Shown one piece after another: positions 41,057 to 50,766 of a stretch of 64,000 nt of DNA. Positions within the stretch are counted from its first letter, which is position 1. Each line of letters begins with the position of its first letter. The notes under the pieces are model-generated. The model saw nothing but the letters and a program-made list of their open reading frames with translations, made no database searches and was not told where the DNA came from. The stretch comes from Desulfobacterales bacterium (GTDB taxonomy: Bacteria; Desulfobacterota; Desulfobacteria; Desulfobacterales; UBA5852), in contig CAXXVS010000003.1 in assembly GCA_963674755.2 (NCBI GenBank), positions 416,001 to 480,000 on the forward strand, given 5' to 3'. A program made the translations under genes and the position numbers.

Positions 41057-41719
41057 TTATGCCGGCAAAGGCGACTTGGGACGCAACCGGGTGAGAAGGA
41101 TCATGGTGCTATCCGCCCCGGAGCGCAGGGTGGTACGGGCCATCTCGATCCGGAAATCCGCCTGCATCAGGTCCAGAAAAGGCGCACTGGTTTGGCGCAC
41201 TTCACCTGCCAGCAGAATTTCGCCGTCGGGTTTCAAGAGGGATAAAAACAGGGTGCGCAGGGCCGGGAAGCTGTTTTCGTTGTAGATCAATTCCGAGCCG
41301 ACGATACGGTCGAAACGGGTGTCCAAATCGGGTTGCGACCAGTCCAGGCGACGAATTTCGTTCGGGGTGCAGCCGTTGAGGTGGGCATTGGCGTGGATGA
41401 AGTCGAGGGCGTGCCGATCATATTCCGTAATGGTGATCTCGTGCTGAAAAGCGGCGGCAACCACACCCACCACACCCAATCCGGCGCCCAGCTCGAGCCA
41501 GCGCTGGCCGTGCTGCGGCGGCAGGCCGGCAATCCGGTTTGCCAGGGCTAACGATGCTTCCCAGATCTTGGTCCAGAGGGGAAAAGCGTTAAAAACATCC
41601 TCTGCGTCGATAAACGGCTCCAGATGGGTGGGCACGAGGAATCGGAAAGCGCGTTTCCCAACGACTAAGTCGCGCGGTTGGGTCTGATATCGCTGATAAA
41701 AAGTTTCCATTGAAAACAT
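41057..41719 (-). CDS. Methyltransferase-16 family (protein lysine methyltransferase-like)
   Basis: PLWTKIWEAS, LELGAGLG, LDW, GSELIY. Confidence 0.8.
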   Translation of the reverse strand: MFSMETFYQRYQTQPRDLVVGKRAFRFLVPTHLEPFIDAEDVFNAFPLWTKIWEASLALANRIAGLPPQHGQRWLELGAGLGVVGVVAAAFQHEITITEYDRHALDFIHANAHLNGCTPNEIRRLDWSQPDLDTRFDRIVGSELIYNENSFPALRTLFLSLLKPDGEILLAGEVRQTSAPFLDLMQADFRIEMARTTLRSGADSTMILLTRLRPKSPLPA

Positions 41720-42023
41720 GGCTGCGATTCTCCCATGTAGGGGTGCCGGTAGTTTATAGTAACCGGAAAGTTTGCATCCATATCATTCTTAGCGCCCTTT
41801 GTCAGGGGGCACCATGGCACGAGTGCTTGATGATCCAACAAACGATACAGACGGTATACGCTCTGCCCAAATCTTAAAAGGGACAGGAACAGCCTTGCCG
41901 CTCATCCGGGCAGGCCGCCATTTGTAACTTTTTGGGGCGGGCGGGTTCTGATGAATTAATGCACCGTTTTGATAAAGCAGGCATGCCGAGGCGTGCCTCA
42001 CGATAATTATAGGAGATCTGGTC

Positions 42024-42221
42024 ATGAAAATGGAACATGCTATTCGCGCCATTGCCGGAACATTTATTCTTTTGTCCCTTAGCCTGGGATACTTAGTGAA
42101 TCCCTACTGGTTTATTTTCACGGGGTTTGTTGGGCTGAATCTACTTCAATCCGCTTTTACCGGATGGTGCCCGATGGAGATCTTTCTCGGCAAACTGGGT
42201 GTCGTGCGCGTCGAACGCTGA
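42024..42221 (+). CDS. DUF2892 (YgaP-like) membrane protein
   Basis: FVGLNLLQSAFTGWCPM; RBS AGGAG. Confidence 0.88.
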   Translation: MKMEHAIRAIAGTFILLSLSLGYLVNPYWFIFTGFVGLNLLQSAFTGWCPMEIFLGKLGVVRVER

Positions 42222-42401
42222 TCATTGCCGCCGATCGGCTTTCGACTTGCACCAGGTTTGCGATTCCGTTATCCTGCCTTATCATTGCCTGGGGCCACGG
42301 CGCCCGAATCGCCAAAGCCCCTTCCTTTGCAGTGTTCCCTTCCTGTATTAGTGGTACCATTAAAGACCCTAGCGGTTATCTATCAATTGAAGGAGGTTGC
42401 C

Positions 42402-43085
42402 ATGAGCATCAATGTTACCTGGCTAAGCCACGCCTGCCTGTCCATCGATACCGGGGATGCCAAGCTCCTGGTCGACCCATTCCTCACCGGCAACCCGCTG
42501 GCTCCGGTTGCCCCGGATGAGGTCCAGGCCGACTACATTCTCGTCTCCCACGGTCACGGTGACCATGTGGGCGATACGGTCGCCATCGCCCGCCGCACGG
42601 GGGCCACGGTCGTCTCCAATTTCGAGATTCACAACTGGCTGCTGGGGCAAGGGGTCGAAAAAGCCCACCCGCAGCATATCGGTGGCGGCTTCGATTATCC
42701 CTGGGGCCGTGTCAAGCTGACCATCGCCCATCATGGTTCGGCCCTGCCGGACGGCTCTTACGGCGGCAATCCCTGCGGTTTTCTCTTCTACATCCAGGGC
42801 AAGAAAATCTACCATGCCTGCGATACAGGGCTTTTTTACGACATGAAGCTGATCGGAGAGGAAGGGATCGATTTGGCGGTTCTGCCCATTGGCGACAATT
42901 TCACCATGGGCCCGGAGGACAGCCTGCGGGCGGTCAAACTGCTGTCCCCGAAGCGGGTTCTGCCGATTCACTACAATACGTTTGACGTCATTCAGCAGGA
43001 CGCGGCCGCCTGGAAAGTCCGTGTGGAGCAAGAAACGGAGGCCCAGGTCGATCTTTTGAAACCGGGCGGATCGTTGTCGCTCTAG
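42402..43085 (+). CDS. Metallo-beta-lactamase fold hydrolase (UPF0173)
   Basis: DPFLTGNP, SHGHGDH, LPIGDNFTMGP, PIHYNTF; RBS AAGGAGG. Confidence 0.92.
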   Translation: MSINVTWLSHACLSIDTGDAKLLVDPFLTGNPLAPVAPDEVQADYILVSHGHGDHVGDTVAIARRTGATVVSNFEIHNWLLGQGVEKAHPQHIGGGFDYPWGRVKLTIAHHGSALPDGSYGGNPCGFLFYIQGKKIYHACDTGLFYDMKLIGEEGIDLAVLPIGDNFTMGPEDSLRAVKLLSPKRVLPIHYNTFDVIQQDAAAWKVRVEQETEAQVDLLKPGGSLSL

Positions 43086-43252
43086 TCCGAACGGCCCTTC
43101 ATCCTGTCAGAGAGCGTTGCGGAAATACGTTCTGTTCTGGATATTCATTCGTTCTCACGCCTCGTCTGCCTGGATGCCCGCATGGCCGCACCGTTTTTTG
43201 CGAACAGCCCCCCGATAAGGTATCGCCCCTTCCGATTGACGGCGGGTAAGAA

Positions 43253-45583
43253 CTATTGGTCGAGGACTTCCCGCAGCTTTTGTGACAACGTTCCCAAGTC
43301 GAAAGGTTTCTGAAGGAAGCCCCGGCATCCGCGTTGCAGTATTTCGGCGGCCTGGCCGTTCAGGCTGTATCCGCTGGAGAGCAGAACGCGAACATGCGGA
43401 TCGATGGCCTTCAAGGCGTCGAAGGTCCGGCCGCCGCCCATGGAGGGCATGATCATATCCAGAATCACCAGATCGATGGCGCTCCGATATTGCCGATAGA
43501 GCTCTATGGCCTCCTGGCCGCTGCCGGCTGTTTTGACGTGGTAGCCGAGCTTGCCCAGCAGTTTTTGCCCCACATCGAGAATCATGCGTTCATCATCCAC
43601 CAGCAAAATGGTTTCACCGCCGGGATGAATTTCGGCGGTCGCCGCCTGGGACGGCTGAAGGACTTTTTCGCTGACCGGCAGGTAAATTGAGAAGGTGGTG
43701 CCGCGACCCAATTCACTGTCGACAGCGATATGGCCGTCGTGGTTGCGAAGAATCCCGAAGGCCGATGCCAGCCCCAGGCCCGTACCCCGGCCCATTTCGC
43801 GCGTGGTGAAAAACGGCTCGAAGATGCGGTCGCGGGTCGCGGCGTCCATCCCGCTGCCGGAATCCGTCACCGAGACTTTAATGTAGGCGCCCGGTTTTAA
43901 ATCCGCGGCCTGGGGTTCGCCGGATGAAATGACCGCGTTTTCCGTCCTGATAGACAGGTCTCCGCCGGTCGGCATGGCCTGCCAGGCGTTGACAAAGAGG
44001 TTCAGCAGGACTTGTTCGATTTGCCCCGGGTCGACTTCCACGGTCTTGAGATCGGGGGCCAGATTTGCCCGGACGCGGATTTCCTTGTGGGTTCGGGCGA
44101 ACATGCGGGTGCTGTTGTCCACCAGTTCGTTCAAGTTGACGGGGCGCAGTTCGTATTTGCCACCCCGGGCAAACCCCAGGAGTTGGCGGGTCAGATCGGC
44201 CGCGCTGCGGACGTAGGATTGAATTTCTTCGAGGTGTTCCCAATGGGGGTGATCCGTGGAATGATCCGCCATCATAAGGGAGTTGCGGCCTTGGATACCC
44301 ATCAGCAGATTGTTGAAATCGTGTGCGATGCCGCCGGCCAGGGTGCCGATGGCCTCCATTTTTTGGGCTTGACGCAACTGACCCTCCAGTTGTTTCCGCT
44401 CCTGTTCCGCCGCCTTGATCCGGCTGATATCCCGCGTGATGACGAGGGCATGGGGTTCGTCCTGGAGGAAAAGGACTTTGGCCGAAACCAGCCCGGTGAT
44501 AATGCGGCCGCCGCGGGTTTTAAATTCCGCCTCGAGGTTGTTGATAAACCCCTGGGTGGAAAGCCCGGCGAGCATCTTTTGCCGCTGGCTCGGATGACCC
44601 CACAGGCCCACTTCGACAGCGGTGGTACCGATAATCTCCCTGGACGGGTAGCCGCTGAGCTTTGAAAACGCTTCGTTGATGTCCACGCACCGGCTGTCCG
44701 ACATGCGAATCACGGCCACGGGATCCGGTATGGTCTGATAGACCACACGAAAGCGTTCCTCGCTTTCCCGCAGGGCGTGTTCGGCTTTTTTCAGGACGGA
44801 GATATCGGTATAGATGGCGACCACCCCCCGGAGCTCGTTTTCAACGATGATGGGGGCCCCGGCGGCAATCACCTGAATCGGTCGGCCGTCCTTGCGGTAA
44901 CGGACCGTTTCGATGGGTTGCAGGGTTTGGCCGGATAGGACTTCGCGCGCAAAGGAATTCGCTTCAGCGGTCATATCCTGGCCCGCCACCAGATCGTCCA
45001 GATTGCGCCCGATGGTTTCCTTGCGCGTGTAGCCGAAGATGTTTTCGGCACCGGGATTCCAGTCCAATACGTGATGGCGGGCATCCAGGGTGATGATGGC
45101 ATCCGGCGCATGATAGAGAACGGATTCAAGAAATTTCTGCCGGCGCAGTCTTTCCAGCTCGGCCAGGCGCTGCTCGGTAATATCCTCCGCGATGCCGATG
45201 ATCCTTAGAACGCGGCCGTCAGCGTCCCGGATCGCAAACCCCCGGTCGGCGATCCAGCGCACCGTGCCATCCGGTTGCAAAATGCGGTATTCATGGGCGG
45301 CACTGTGTTCGGAAGCGGCCATGGACTCGAAAGCGGCCACAGCGGCGTCACGATCTTCAGGATGAAGGCTTGCGCGCCATTCGCTGGCGTGACGGTAAAG
45401 TGTTTCCAAGGACCGGGCCCAGACATGTTCATAGGCTGGGCTGGCATAGGTGAGGCGTTGGCTCGCCCAGTCAAAGACCCATACGACATAGTGGTATTGG
45501 CGGGCGAGTTCCTGGAAAAACGCAGCGGCGTCTGCGGGCAGATCGCGATAGGGGGGCGTGTGGTTATCCTTGGGCCTTGTCAT
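43253..45583 (-). CDS. Cytoplasmic PAS-domain hybrid histidine kinase
   Basis: Three PAS domains, GGIAHDFNN, NLFVNA, GTGLGL, receiver LVDD/LDMIMP/KPF; start uncertain. Confidence 0.93.
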   Translation of the reverse strand: MTRPKDNHTPPYRDLPADAAAFFQELARQYHYVVWVFDWASQRLTYASPAYEHVWARSLETLYRHASEWRASLHPEDRDAAVAAFESMAASEHSAAHEYRILQPDGTVRWIADRGFAIRDADGRVLRIIGIAEDITEQRLAELERLRRQKFLESVLYHAPDAIITLDARHHVLDWNPGAENIFGYTRKETIGRNLDDLVAGQDMTAEANSFAREVLSGQTLQPIETVRYRKDGRPIQVIAAGAPIIVENELRGVVAIYTDISVLKKAEHALRESEERFRVVYQTIPDPVAVIRMSDSRCVDINEAFSKLSGYPSREIIGTTAVEVGLWGHPSQRQKMLAGLSTQGFINNLEAEFKTRGGRIITGLVSAKVLFLQDEPHALVITRDISRIKAAEQERKQLEGQLRQAQKMEAIGTLAGGIAHDFNNLLMGIQGRNSLMMADHSTDHPHWEHLEEIQSYVRSAADLTRQLLGFARGGKYELRPVNLNELVDNSTRMFARTHKEIRVRANLAPDLKTVEVDPGQIEQVLLNLFVNAWQAMPTGGDLSIRTENAVISSGEPQAADLKPGAYIKVSVTDSGSGMDAATRDRIFEPFFTTREMGRGTGLGLASAFGILRNHDGHIAVDSELGRGTTFSIYLPVSEKVLQPSQAATAEIHPGGETILLVDDERMILDVGQKLLGKLGYHVKTAGSGQEAIELYRQYRSAIDLVILDMIMPSMGGGRTFDALKAIDPHVRVLLSSGYSLNGQAAEILQRGCRGFLQKPFDLGTLSQKLREVLDQ

Positions 45584-45765
45584 TCGGGTTCGCCGGGTAT
45601 ACTCAAAAGGGTTAGACGAGCACTTAAAAAGCCGCTTTGTCGGTACCGTCATTAGCGGGTGGCCGCGCTTGTTGACGCGCTATAAAAAGGTATGGGCAAG
45701 TATAATCGAAAGCCGACGGGGGCGCAAACAGGTTTATACGCCAAACAGGTTATGAGGAATCGCAC

Positions 45766-46764
45766 ATGAAACAGCACCAGAAGATCAATGCCGCCATCAC
45801 CGGCATTCATGCCTGGGTACCGGATTATATTCTGACCAATGACGAATTGGCCACTATGGTGGACACCAGTGACGAGTGGATTACGACCCGTACGGGCATC
45901 AAGGAACGGCGTATTTTGAAGGGCGATCATCAGGGTACCTCGGTGATCGGAATTGCCGCCGTCCGGGGGCTGCTGGAAAAAACCGCGACAGCGCCGGGGG
46001 ATATCGATCTATTGATATGCGCGACCACCACACCGGATATGCCCTTTCCCGCCACGGGGAATATTATCGCAGCGGCCGTGGGGGCCGCCAATGCCTTCAG
46101 CTTCGATCTGCAGGCCGGTTGTTCCGGGTTTCTATACGGCCTCACCGCCGGCGCCCAGTTCATCGAAACCGGCTACTGTCGGAAAGTGGTGGTGGTGGGG
46201 GCCGACAAGATGTCGTCGATCATCGACTACGAGGATCGAACCACCTGCATTATTTTCGGCGACGGCGGTGGTGCGGTGCTGCTGGAGCCTTCCCGGGAGG
46301 GTTTCGGCATTCAGGACGCCATTCTCAAATCCGACGGTGGGGGAGAGCCTTTTTTACACATGAAGGCCGGCGGAAGCCGCCGGCCGGCCAGTTTGGCGAC
46401 GGTCCAGGCGCGGGAGCATTATGTCTGCCAGGAAGGCGCCACCGTTTACAAATTCGCCGTTAAAAATATGGCGGATGTGGCGGTCAAAATCATGGAGCGC
46501 AATCAACTGTGTTCCGGGGATATCGCCTACCTCGTACCCCACCAGGCCAACAAACGCATTATCGATGCCACGGCGGAAAAAATGGGTATCGGACCCGACC
46601 GTGTCATGCTCAACATCCACAAATACGGCAACACCACCAGCGGTACGATCCCCCTCTGCCTTTTCGACTACGAAACGCGGCTCGAACAAGGGGACAACCT
46701 CGTGATGGCAGCTTTCGGGGCCGGATTTACATGGGGAGCGGTTTACTTGAAATGGGCCTATTGA
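45766..46764 (+). CDS. fabH: 3-oxoacyl-ACP synthase III
   Basis: RTGIKERR, AGCSGF, FGDGGGA, PHQAN, YGNT, FGAGFTWG. Confidence 0.95.
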   Translation: MKQHQKINAAITGIHAWVPDYILTNDELATMVDTSDEWITTRTGIKERRILKGDHQGTSVIGIAAVRGLLEKTATAPGDIDLLICATTTPDMPFPATGNIIAAAVGAANAFSFDLQAGCSGFLYGLTAGAQFIETGYCRKVVVVGADKMSSIIDYEDRTTCIIFGDGGGAVLLEPSREGFGIQDAILKSDGGGEPFLHMKAGGSRRPASLATVQAREHYVCQEGATVYKFAVKNMADVAVKIMERNQLCSGDIAYLVPHQANKRIIDATAEKMGIGPDRVMLNIHKYGNTTSGTIPLCLFDYETRLEQGDNLVMAAFGAGFTWGAVYLKWAY

Positions 46765-46923
46765 TGCGATCTCGGCTTCGGGGGGCGCGACGGGCCGCCC
46801 ATTTGTCGGGGTTTTAATAGGTCAATCCCGGATGGTGTTCGCCGGGAGGAGGCGAAACATTTGCCGGTCGGCGCCATCCGGGCGCGGCGGGAACGATTCA
46901 AAACGGTTTAGTGTCTGACGCCT

Positions 46924-47217
46924 CTACAAATCCAGTCTTTCAATGGCGGCCACTTCCAGGTTTTCACCAAAGGTGACGGCCACCCGGTCACCGGCGCCGA
47001 TATCGCGCAAACGCGCGCGGTGAACGCCATATAATGCCAAGAGGGAGCCACTGTCCTGATAGATTAAAATTTCCCCGGTGGCGTAGCTTACCGATAGGAT
47101 CGTGCCGGTCACATGTTGGCAGCCGTCATCGGCCGGGGCGGTTTGATCACCCGCGACTGCCGGCGCGGAGGCTATCAAGTTGATGATGGTCAGCAAAAGG
47201 ACGATGGATTTTCTCAT
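46924..47217 (-). CDS. Small secreted protein, possible OB-fold
   Basis: Signal peptide MRKSIVLLL...AVA; VTGTILSV...GDRVAVTF pattern. Confidence 0.6.
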   Translation of the reverse strand: MRKSIVLLLTIINLIASAPAVAGDQTAPADDGCQHVTGTILSVSYATGEILIYQDSGSLLALYGVHRARLRDIGAGDRVAVTFGENLEVAAIERLDL

Positions 47218-47704
47218 AGCGGTATTCCCGTTGGAAATTGGCGACGCTCAAGGATTCCAAGTCGTGTTTTGCCGGTTGAGGATTTGAAGGGCAAACAGCC
47301 GGTTGTGACTTCAGAGAAACGCCTGGACGCCCTCCGGGCAAGGCCTGGGTGAGCACCTCGGTCATGGATTGGAGCAACTCGCTGCGGGTAAAGGGTTTAT
47401 TGAGGAGCCCCGCCCCAAAGGTGTCCGCCTCTTTTGTCAAGTGTTGATGGTAGGGGCCGGGATTTCCGGTCATATACAGTGTGGTCACTTCCGGGTGGGT
47501 TAGGCGAATCGACCTCATCATGGAAAGCCCGTCCTGCCAGGGCATTTCAATGTCGGTGATGACCATTTCCGGCTCGTGTTCGTAGAAGGCCTGCAAGCCC
47601 TCCCGTCCGTCGGACGCCAATATGACGTCTTGATTCTCCTGGATAAGGATGGCTTCGATCACGGACAAAATGATGCGGGTATCGTCGACAACCAAAATTT
47701 TCAT
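47147..47704 (-). CDS. Single-domain response regulator with unconserved C-terminal tail
   Basis: ILVVDD, TDIEMP, MTG, KPF; RBS AAGGAG. Confidence 0.85.
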   Translation of the reverse strand: MKILVVDDTRIILSVIEAILIQENQDVILASDGREGLQAFYEHEPEMVITDIEMPWQDGLSMMRSIRLTHPEVTTLYMTGNPGPYHQHLTKEADTFGAGLLNKPFTRSELLQSMTEVLTQALPGGRPGVSLKSQPAVCPSNPQPAKHDLESLSVANFQREYRYEKIHRPFADHHQLDSLRAGSRG

Positions 47705-47761
47705 GCCGGAACTCCTTCCATGGCTTCGCCATTTTTAACCGTCCGCCTGCACAGAAGTTCT

Positions 47762-47777
47762 AGCAAAAGCCATGCCA
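47762..47777 (-). promoter_or_regulatory. sigma54 -24/-12 promoter
   Basis: Minus strand TGGCATGGCTTTTGCT. Confidence 0.8.
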
Positions 47778-48221
47778 CGCAGTATAACTGATTGAGTTCA
47801 CAAAGAATGCTGGCTTATGTCAAATTCTCCTTCTCTATAATTGACTGTTTAACCCTACAGAGAGCCTCCCGTAAAACCTTCCCCTAAAGTTAATAACGAT
47901 CTGTATTTATATAGTAATACATTGTTATGAAGGATTTTCCATTCAGGCGATGTGTGTAAAAATGCACACCGTTGACCGATCTTTCCGGGGAATGAATTTT
48001 TCATGCCGACGTTACCCCTTTCGGGGTGCACCACACTTTAGAGACGCAGTATAAAACTGAAAAAATCATCTAGTGAAGAATGAGGAGCTTTTGGGCCGGT
48101 GGCCCTGCACGGCCTTTTCCGGACATGCATATGAATCGTCCTGTTGCGAGACAGACTGTAGGAAAAGCCCTTCATGCCAGAAGCCATCCCGCCGATGGCT
48201 ACAAATTTAATTATTATGTAA

Positions 48222-48234
48222 AATCAGCATGTTA
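48222..48234 (+). promoter_or_regulatory. Candidate IHF site
   Basis: AATCAGCATGTTA fits WATCARNNNNTTR with AT-rich flank, just upstream of a sigma54 site. Confidence 0.55.
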
Positions 48235-48249
48235 AAAAAAATGACGAAT

Positions 48250-48265
48250 TGGCATCGCCTTTGCT
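48250..48265 (+). promoter_or_regulatory. sigma54 -24/-12 promoter
   Basis: TGGCATCGCCTTTGCT. Confidence 0.8.
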
Positions 48266-48407
48266 TTGATGGGGACTGCCCGTTAACGCGGAACAGGCCA
48301 TGGTGGCTTTTTCCGGCAGGCAGGTAGGGCGTGCGATACGATCCCTGGACTGGCCATCCGAAGCCTGCGGGCCAAAAACGGTTAATACTTAAATAGGAGG
48401 TTGAACC

Positions 48408-48704
48408 ATGAAACGAACGGCAATGGTAATGGCAATTGGATTGGCTCTGGCGTTTCTCTTCATCGGCACCGGTTGGGCGTCCAGCGCGGCCGCAGGGGAT
48501 GAGATCCAAATCACGGGTACTGTCCTGAAAGGGGGGCGTCTTATGGACGACCAGGGGCAGGAATACCTGATGACCAAGGATGAGGGCGCCCTTGAACTGG
48601 AAGGCCAGGTTGGCCAGAAGGTGGAAGTCAAGGGCACGGTCATGGAGAACAGCGAGGGCCAGAAAGTGATTAAAATCGATGACTACAAGGTCATCAAGGA
48701 ATAA
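48408..48704 (+). CDS. Small secreted protein, possible OB-fold
   Basis: RBS AGGAGG, signal peptide, ITGTV...VGQKVEVKGTV...IKIDDY. Confidence 0.8.
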   Translation: MKRTAMVMAIGLALAFLFIGTGWASSAAAGDEIQITGTVLKGGRLMDDQGQEYLMTKDEGALELEGQVGQKVEVKGTVMENSEGQKVIKIDDYKVIKE

Positions 48705-48741
48705 GGTCCCCATGTCGGGGACACTCTGAACTATCCCTCCC

Positions 48742-48776
48742 GGCGCAGAGGGCCCATCATTCCCTCTGCGCCTTCC
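48742..48776. terminator. Hairpin between convergent genes
   Basis: GGCGCAGAGGG / CCCTCTGCGCC 11-bp stem. Confidence 0.65.
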
Positions 48777-48806
48777 TGCCCCTTCCTTCGGCTGTCGATG
48801 CGGATT

Positions 48807-50171
48807 TTATCCTGCAATTCTGAAATCAGCAGGATCCAGCGCGTATTTTTTTAAAAGCGCATAGAGATCGGCGCGGTATTTCCCGGCCAATTTGGCCGCC
48901 TGACTGATATTGCCCTGGGTCAGTTGCATCAATTGCATCAAATAACGGCGTTCAAAGCTTTCCTTGGCGTCCCTGAAGGGCTTCAGGTCCTCATCGGCTG
49001 TGGTCTGGCGGGGATTGTGCAGGATGATGTCGACATCGATCAGGGGCGCATCCGACATGGCCACGGCACACTCGACGGCGTTCTCGAGTTCGCGGACGTT
49101 GCCGGGCCAATCATAGGCCATCATTTTTTCCATGGCCGCGGTGGAGAACCCGTCGATGGTTTTTTGCATCTCCCGGGTGAATTTTTCAAGGAAATGGTTC
49201 GCCAGCAAGGGGATATCCTCCCTGCGCTCCCTGAGGGCCGGGAGTTTGATGGGGATGACATGGATGCGGTAGAACAGATCCTCCCGGAAGGTGCCTTTGG
49301 TGATTTCCGCCTCGAGTGATTTATTGGAGGCGGCGATGATACGGATATCCACCTGAATCGTCTCATCGCCTCCAAGGGGAAAAAAGGACCGCTCCTCCAG
49401 GGCCCGCAGCAGCTTGACCTGCATGGCGGGCGACATTTCCGAAATTTCATCGAAGAAAAAGGTGCCGCCGTTGGCTTCCGCCAGCAGCCCTTTTTTGGTG
49501 CGGTGAGCCCCGGTAAAGGCCCCCTTCTGATAACCGAAAAGTTCACTTTCCAGCAGGGTTTCCGGAATGGCGGCACAGTTGATGGCAATAAAAGGCCCCT
49601 CGCAGCGCGGGCTTGCCAGATGCAGCGTTTTAGCGATGAGCTCCTTGCCCGTGCCGCTGCTGCCTTCGATATAGACGCTGGAATCGGCTTGGGCGGCTTG
49701 GGAAACCCGTTCCAGAACCTTTTGAATAGCGGTACTGTTGCCAATAATATTGTCAAATCCGTAGCGGTGTTGCACCAGATGGCGCAAACGCCGTACTTCC
49801 GTTGATAGTTGCCCCTGGGCGAGCGCTTTGTCCACCTGAGCCAGCAAGGCCTGGCCGTCGAAGGGTTTGGTGAGATAGTTGTAAGCACCGCGTTTCATGG
49901 CGGACACGGCCGTATCGATGGACCCGAACGCGGTCAGGATAATGACGGGAAGCCCCGGAATCTGATGCCGCAGATCCTCCATCAGGACCATACCGTCTTC
50001 GTTTTTGAGTTTGAGATCGATCAGGGCCAGGTGGATGCTGTCCTTTTTGATGTGTGCCAGGGCTTCAGTCGCATTGGACGCCATGCATACGCGGTGGCCG
50101 TCGCTTTCAAGGCGCATGCGCAGCACCTGTAGAATGTTGTGATCGTCGTCCACCACCAGGATATGCGCCAT
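48807..50171 (-). CDS. sigma54-dependent response regulator (GlrR/QseF-like)
   Basis: Receiver, GSSGTGKE, ESELFG, GAFTGA, WPGNVREL, Fis HTH AAKLAGKYRADLYALL. Confidence 0.93.
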   Translation of the reverse strand: MAHILVVDDDHNILQVLRMRLESDGHRVCMASNATEALAHIKKDSIHLALIDLKLKNEDGMVLMEDLRHQIPGLPVIILTAFGSIDTAVSAMKRGAYNYLTKPFDGQALLAQVDKALAQGQLSTEVRRLRHLVQHRYGFDNIIGNSTAIQKVLERVSQAAQADSSVYIEGSSGTGKELIAKTLHLASPRCEGPFIAINCAAIPETLLESELFGYQKGAFTGAHRTKKGLLAEANGGTFFFDEISEMSPAMQVKLLRALEERSFFPLGGDETIQVDIRIIAASNKSLEAEITKGTFREDLFYRIHVIPIKLPALRERREDIPLLANHFLEKFTREMQKTIDGFSTAAMEKMMAYDWPGNVRELENAVECAVAMSDAPLIDVDIILHNPRQTTADEDLKPFRDAKESFERRYLMQLMQLTQGNISQAAKLAGKYRADLYALLKKYALDPADFRIAG

Positions 50172-50223
50172 GATCTACCTCTATGGGAAGACCGCCGCGG
50201 GAGGGCGGCTTTTATTAATGGAC

Positions 50224-50766
50224 TCATTCCACCGTCAGGTCGATGGCCTTCATTTGCTGCAAGCGTTCTTCGAGACGGATGCGTTTGTCCTTCTCGTCCT
50301 TAAGCTGTTTTTTTAAGGACGCCGATGCGTCTTCAAGGTCTTGGACCGTGCGCTGGCGTGCTTCCAGTTGTGCAATCAGCGCCAGCCAGGTTTGGGAGGC
50401 GGCCACCAAACCGGAGTCCGGATAGCGCCCGATGATGTCCTGGAAGCAAATGCCGGCCTGCTGAAAATCCTGCCCGGGATTGTCCGGGTGGACCAGCACC
50501 ATCCCCAACAGATAGAGGGCCTGGTCATTCGACTGGCCGGGGTATTGGGTCAGAACGATATCGCATTCCCGCCGGGCGGCCTCAAAATCGCCCTGCTGCA
50601 ACCGGCATTCCCCCAGGGCCAGATGCCGGGCCGCGATTCGATCGGAATCCTGGCCTCCGGGACCGGGCAAGACGGTTGCGCAGCCCATGATAAAAAAACC
50701 GGCCATCAGGCAACCGGCAAGGTAAAGGTAAAAGCGCTGCCGCTTCCGGGCTGGCTTGTGGCCCAT
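50224..50766 (-). CDS. TPR/coiled-coil lipoprotein (QseG/YfhG-like position)
   Basis: Lipobox IMGC, TPR-like ALYLLG...YPDS, tail RLQQMKAID; RBS GGAGG. Confidence 0.75.
   Translation of the reverse strand: MGHKPARKRQRFYLYLAGCLMAGFFIMGCATVLPGPGGQDSDRIAARHLALGECRLQQGDFEAARRECDIVLTQYPGQSNDQALYLLGMVLVHPDNPGQDFQQAGICFQDIIGRYPDSGLVAASQTWLALIAQLEARQRTVQDLEDASASLKKQLKDEKDKRIRLEERLQQMKAIDLTVE

Noticed and set aside
42024..43085. DUF2892 TGA stop is in frame with an open stretch leading into the hydrolase (possible readthrough or selenocysteine fusion)
   Set aside because: The hydrolase has its own strong AAGGAGG RBS, the intervening peptide is featureless, and I see no convincing SECIS hairpin
43110..43210. 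Degenerate inverted repeat between convergent genes
   Set aside because: Pairing too imperfect to call a repeat element; no second copy recognised in the window
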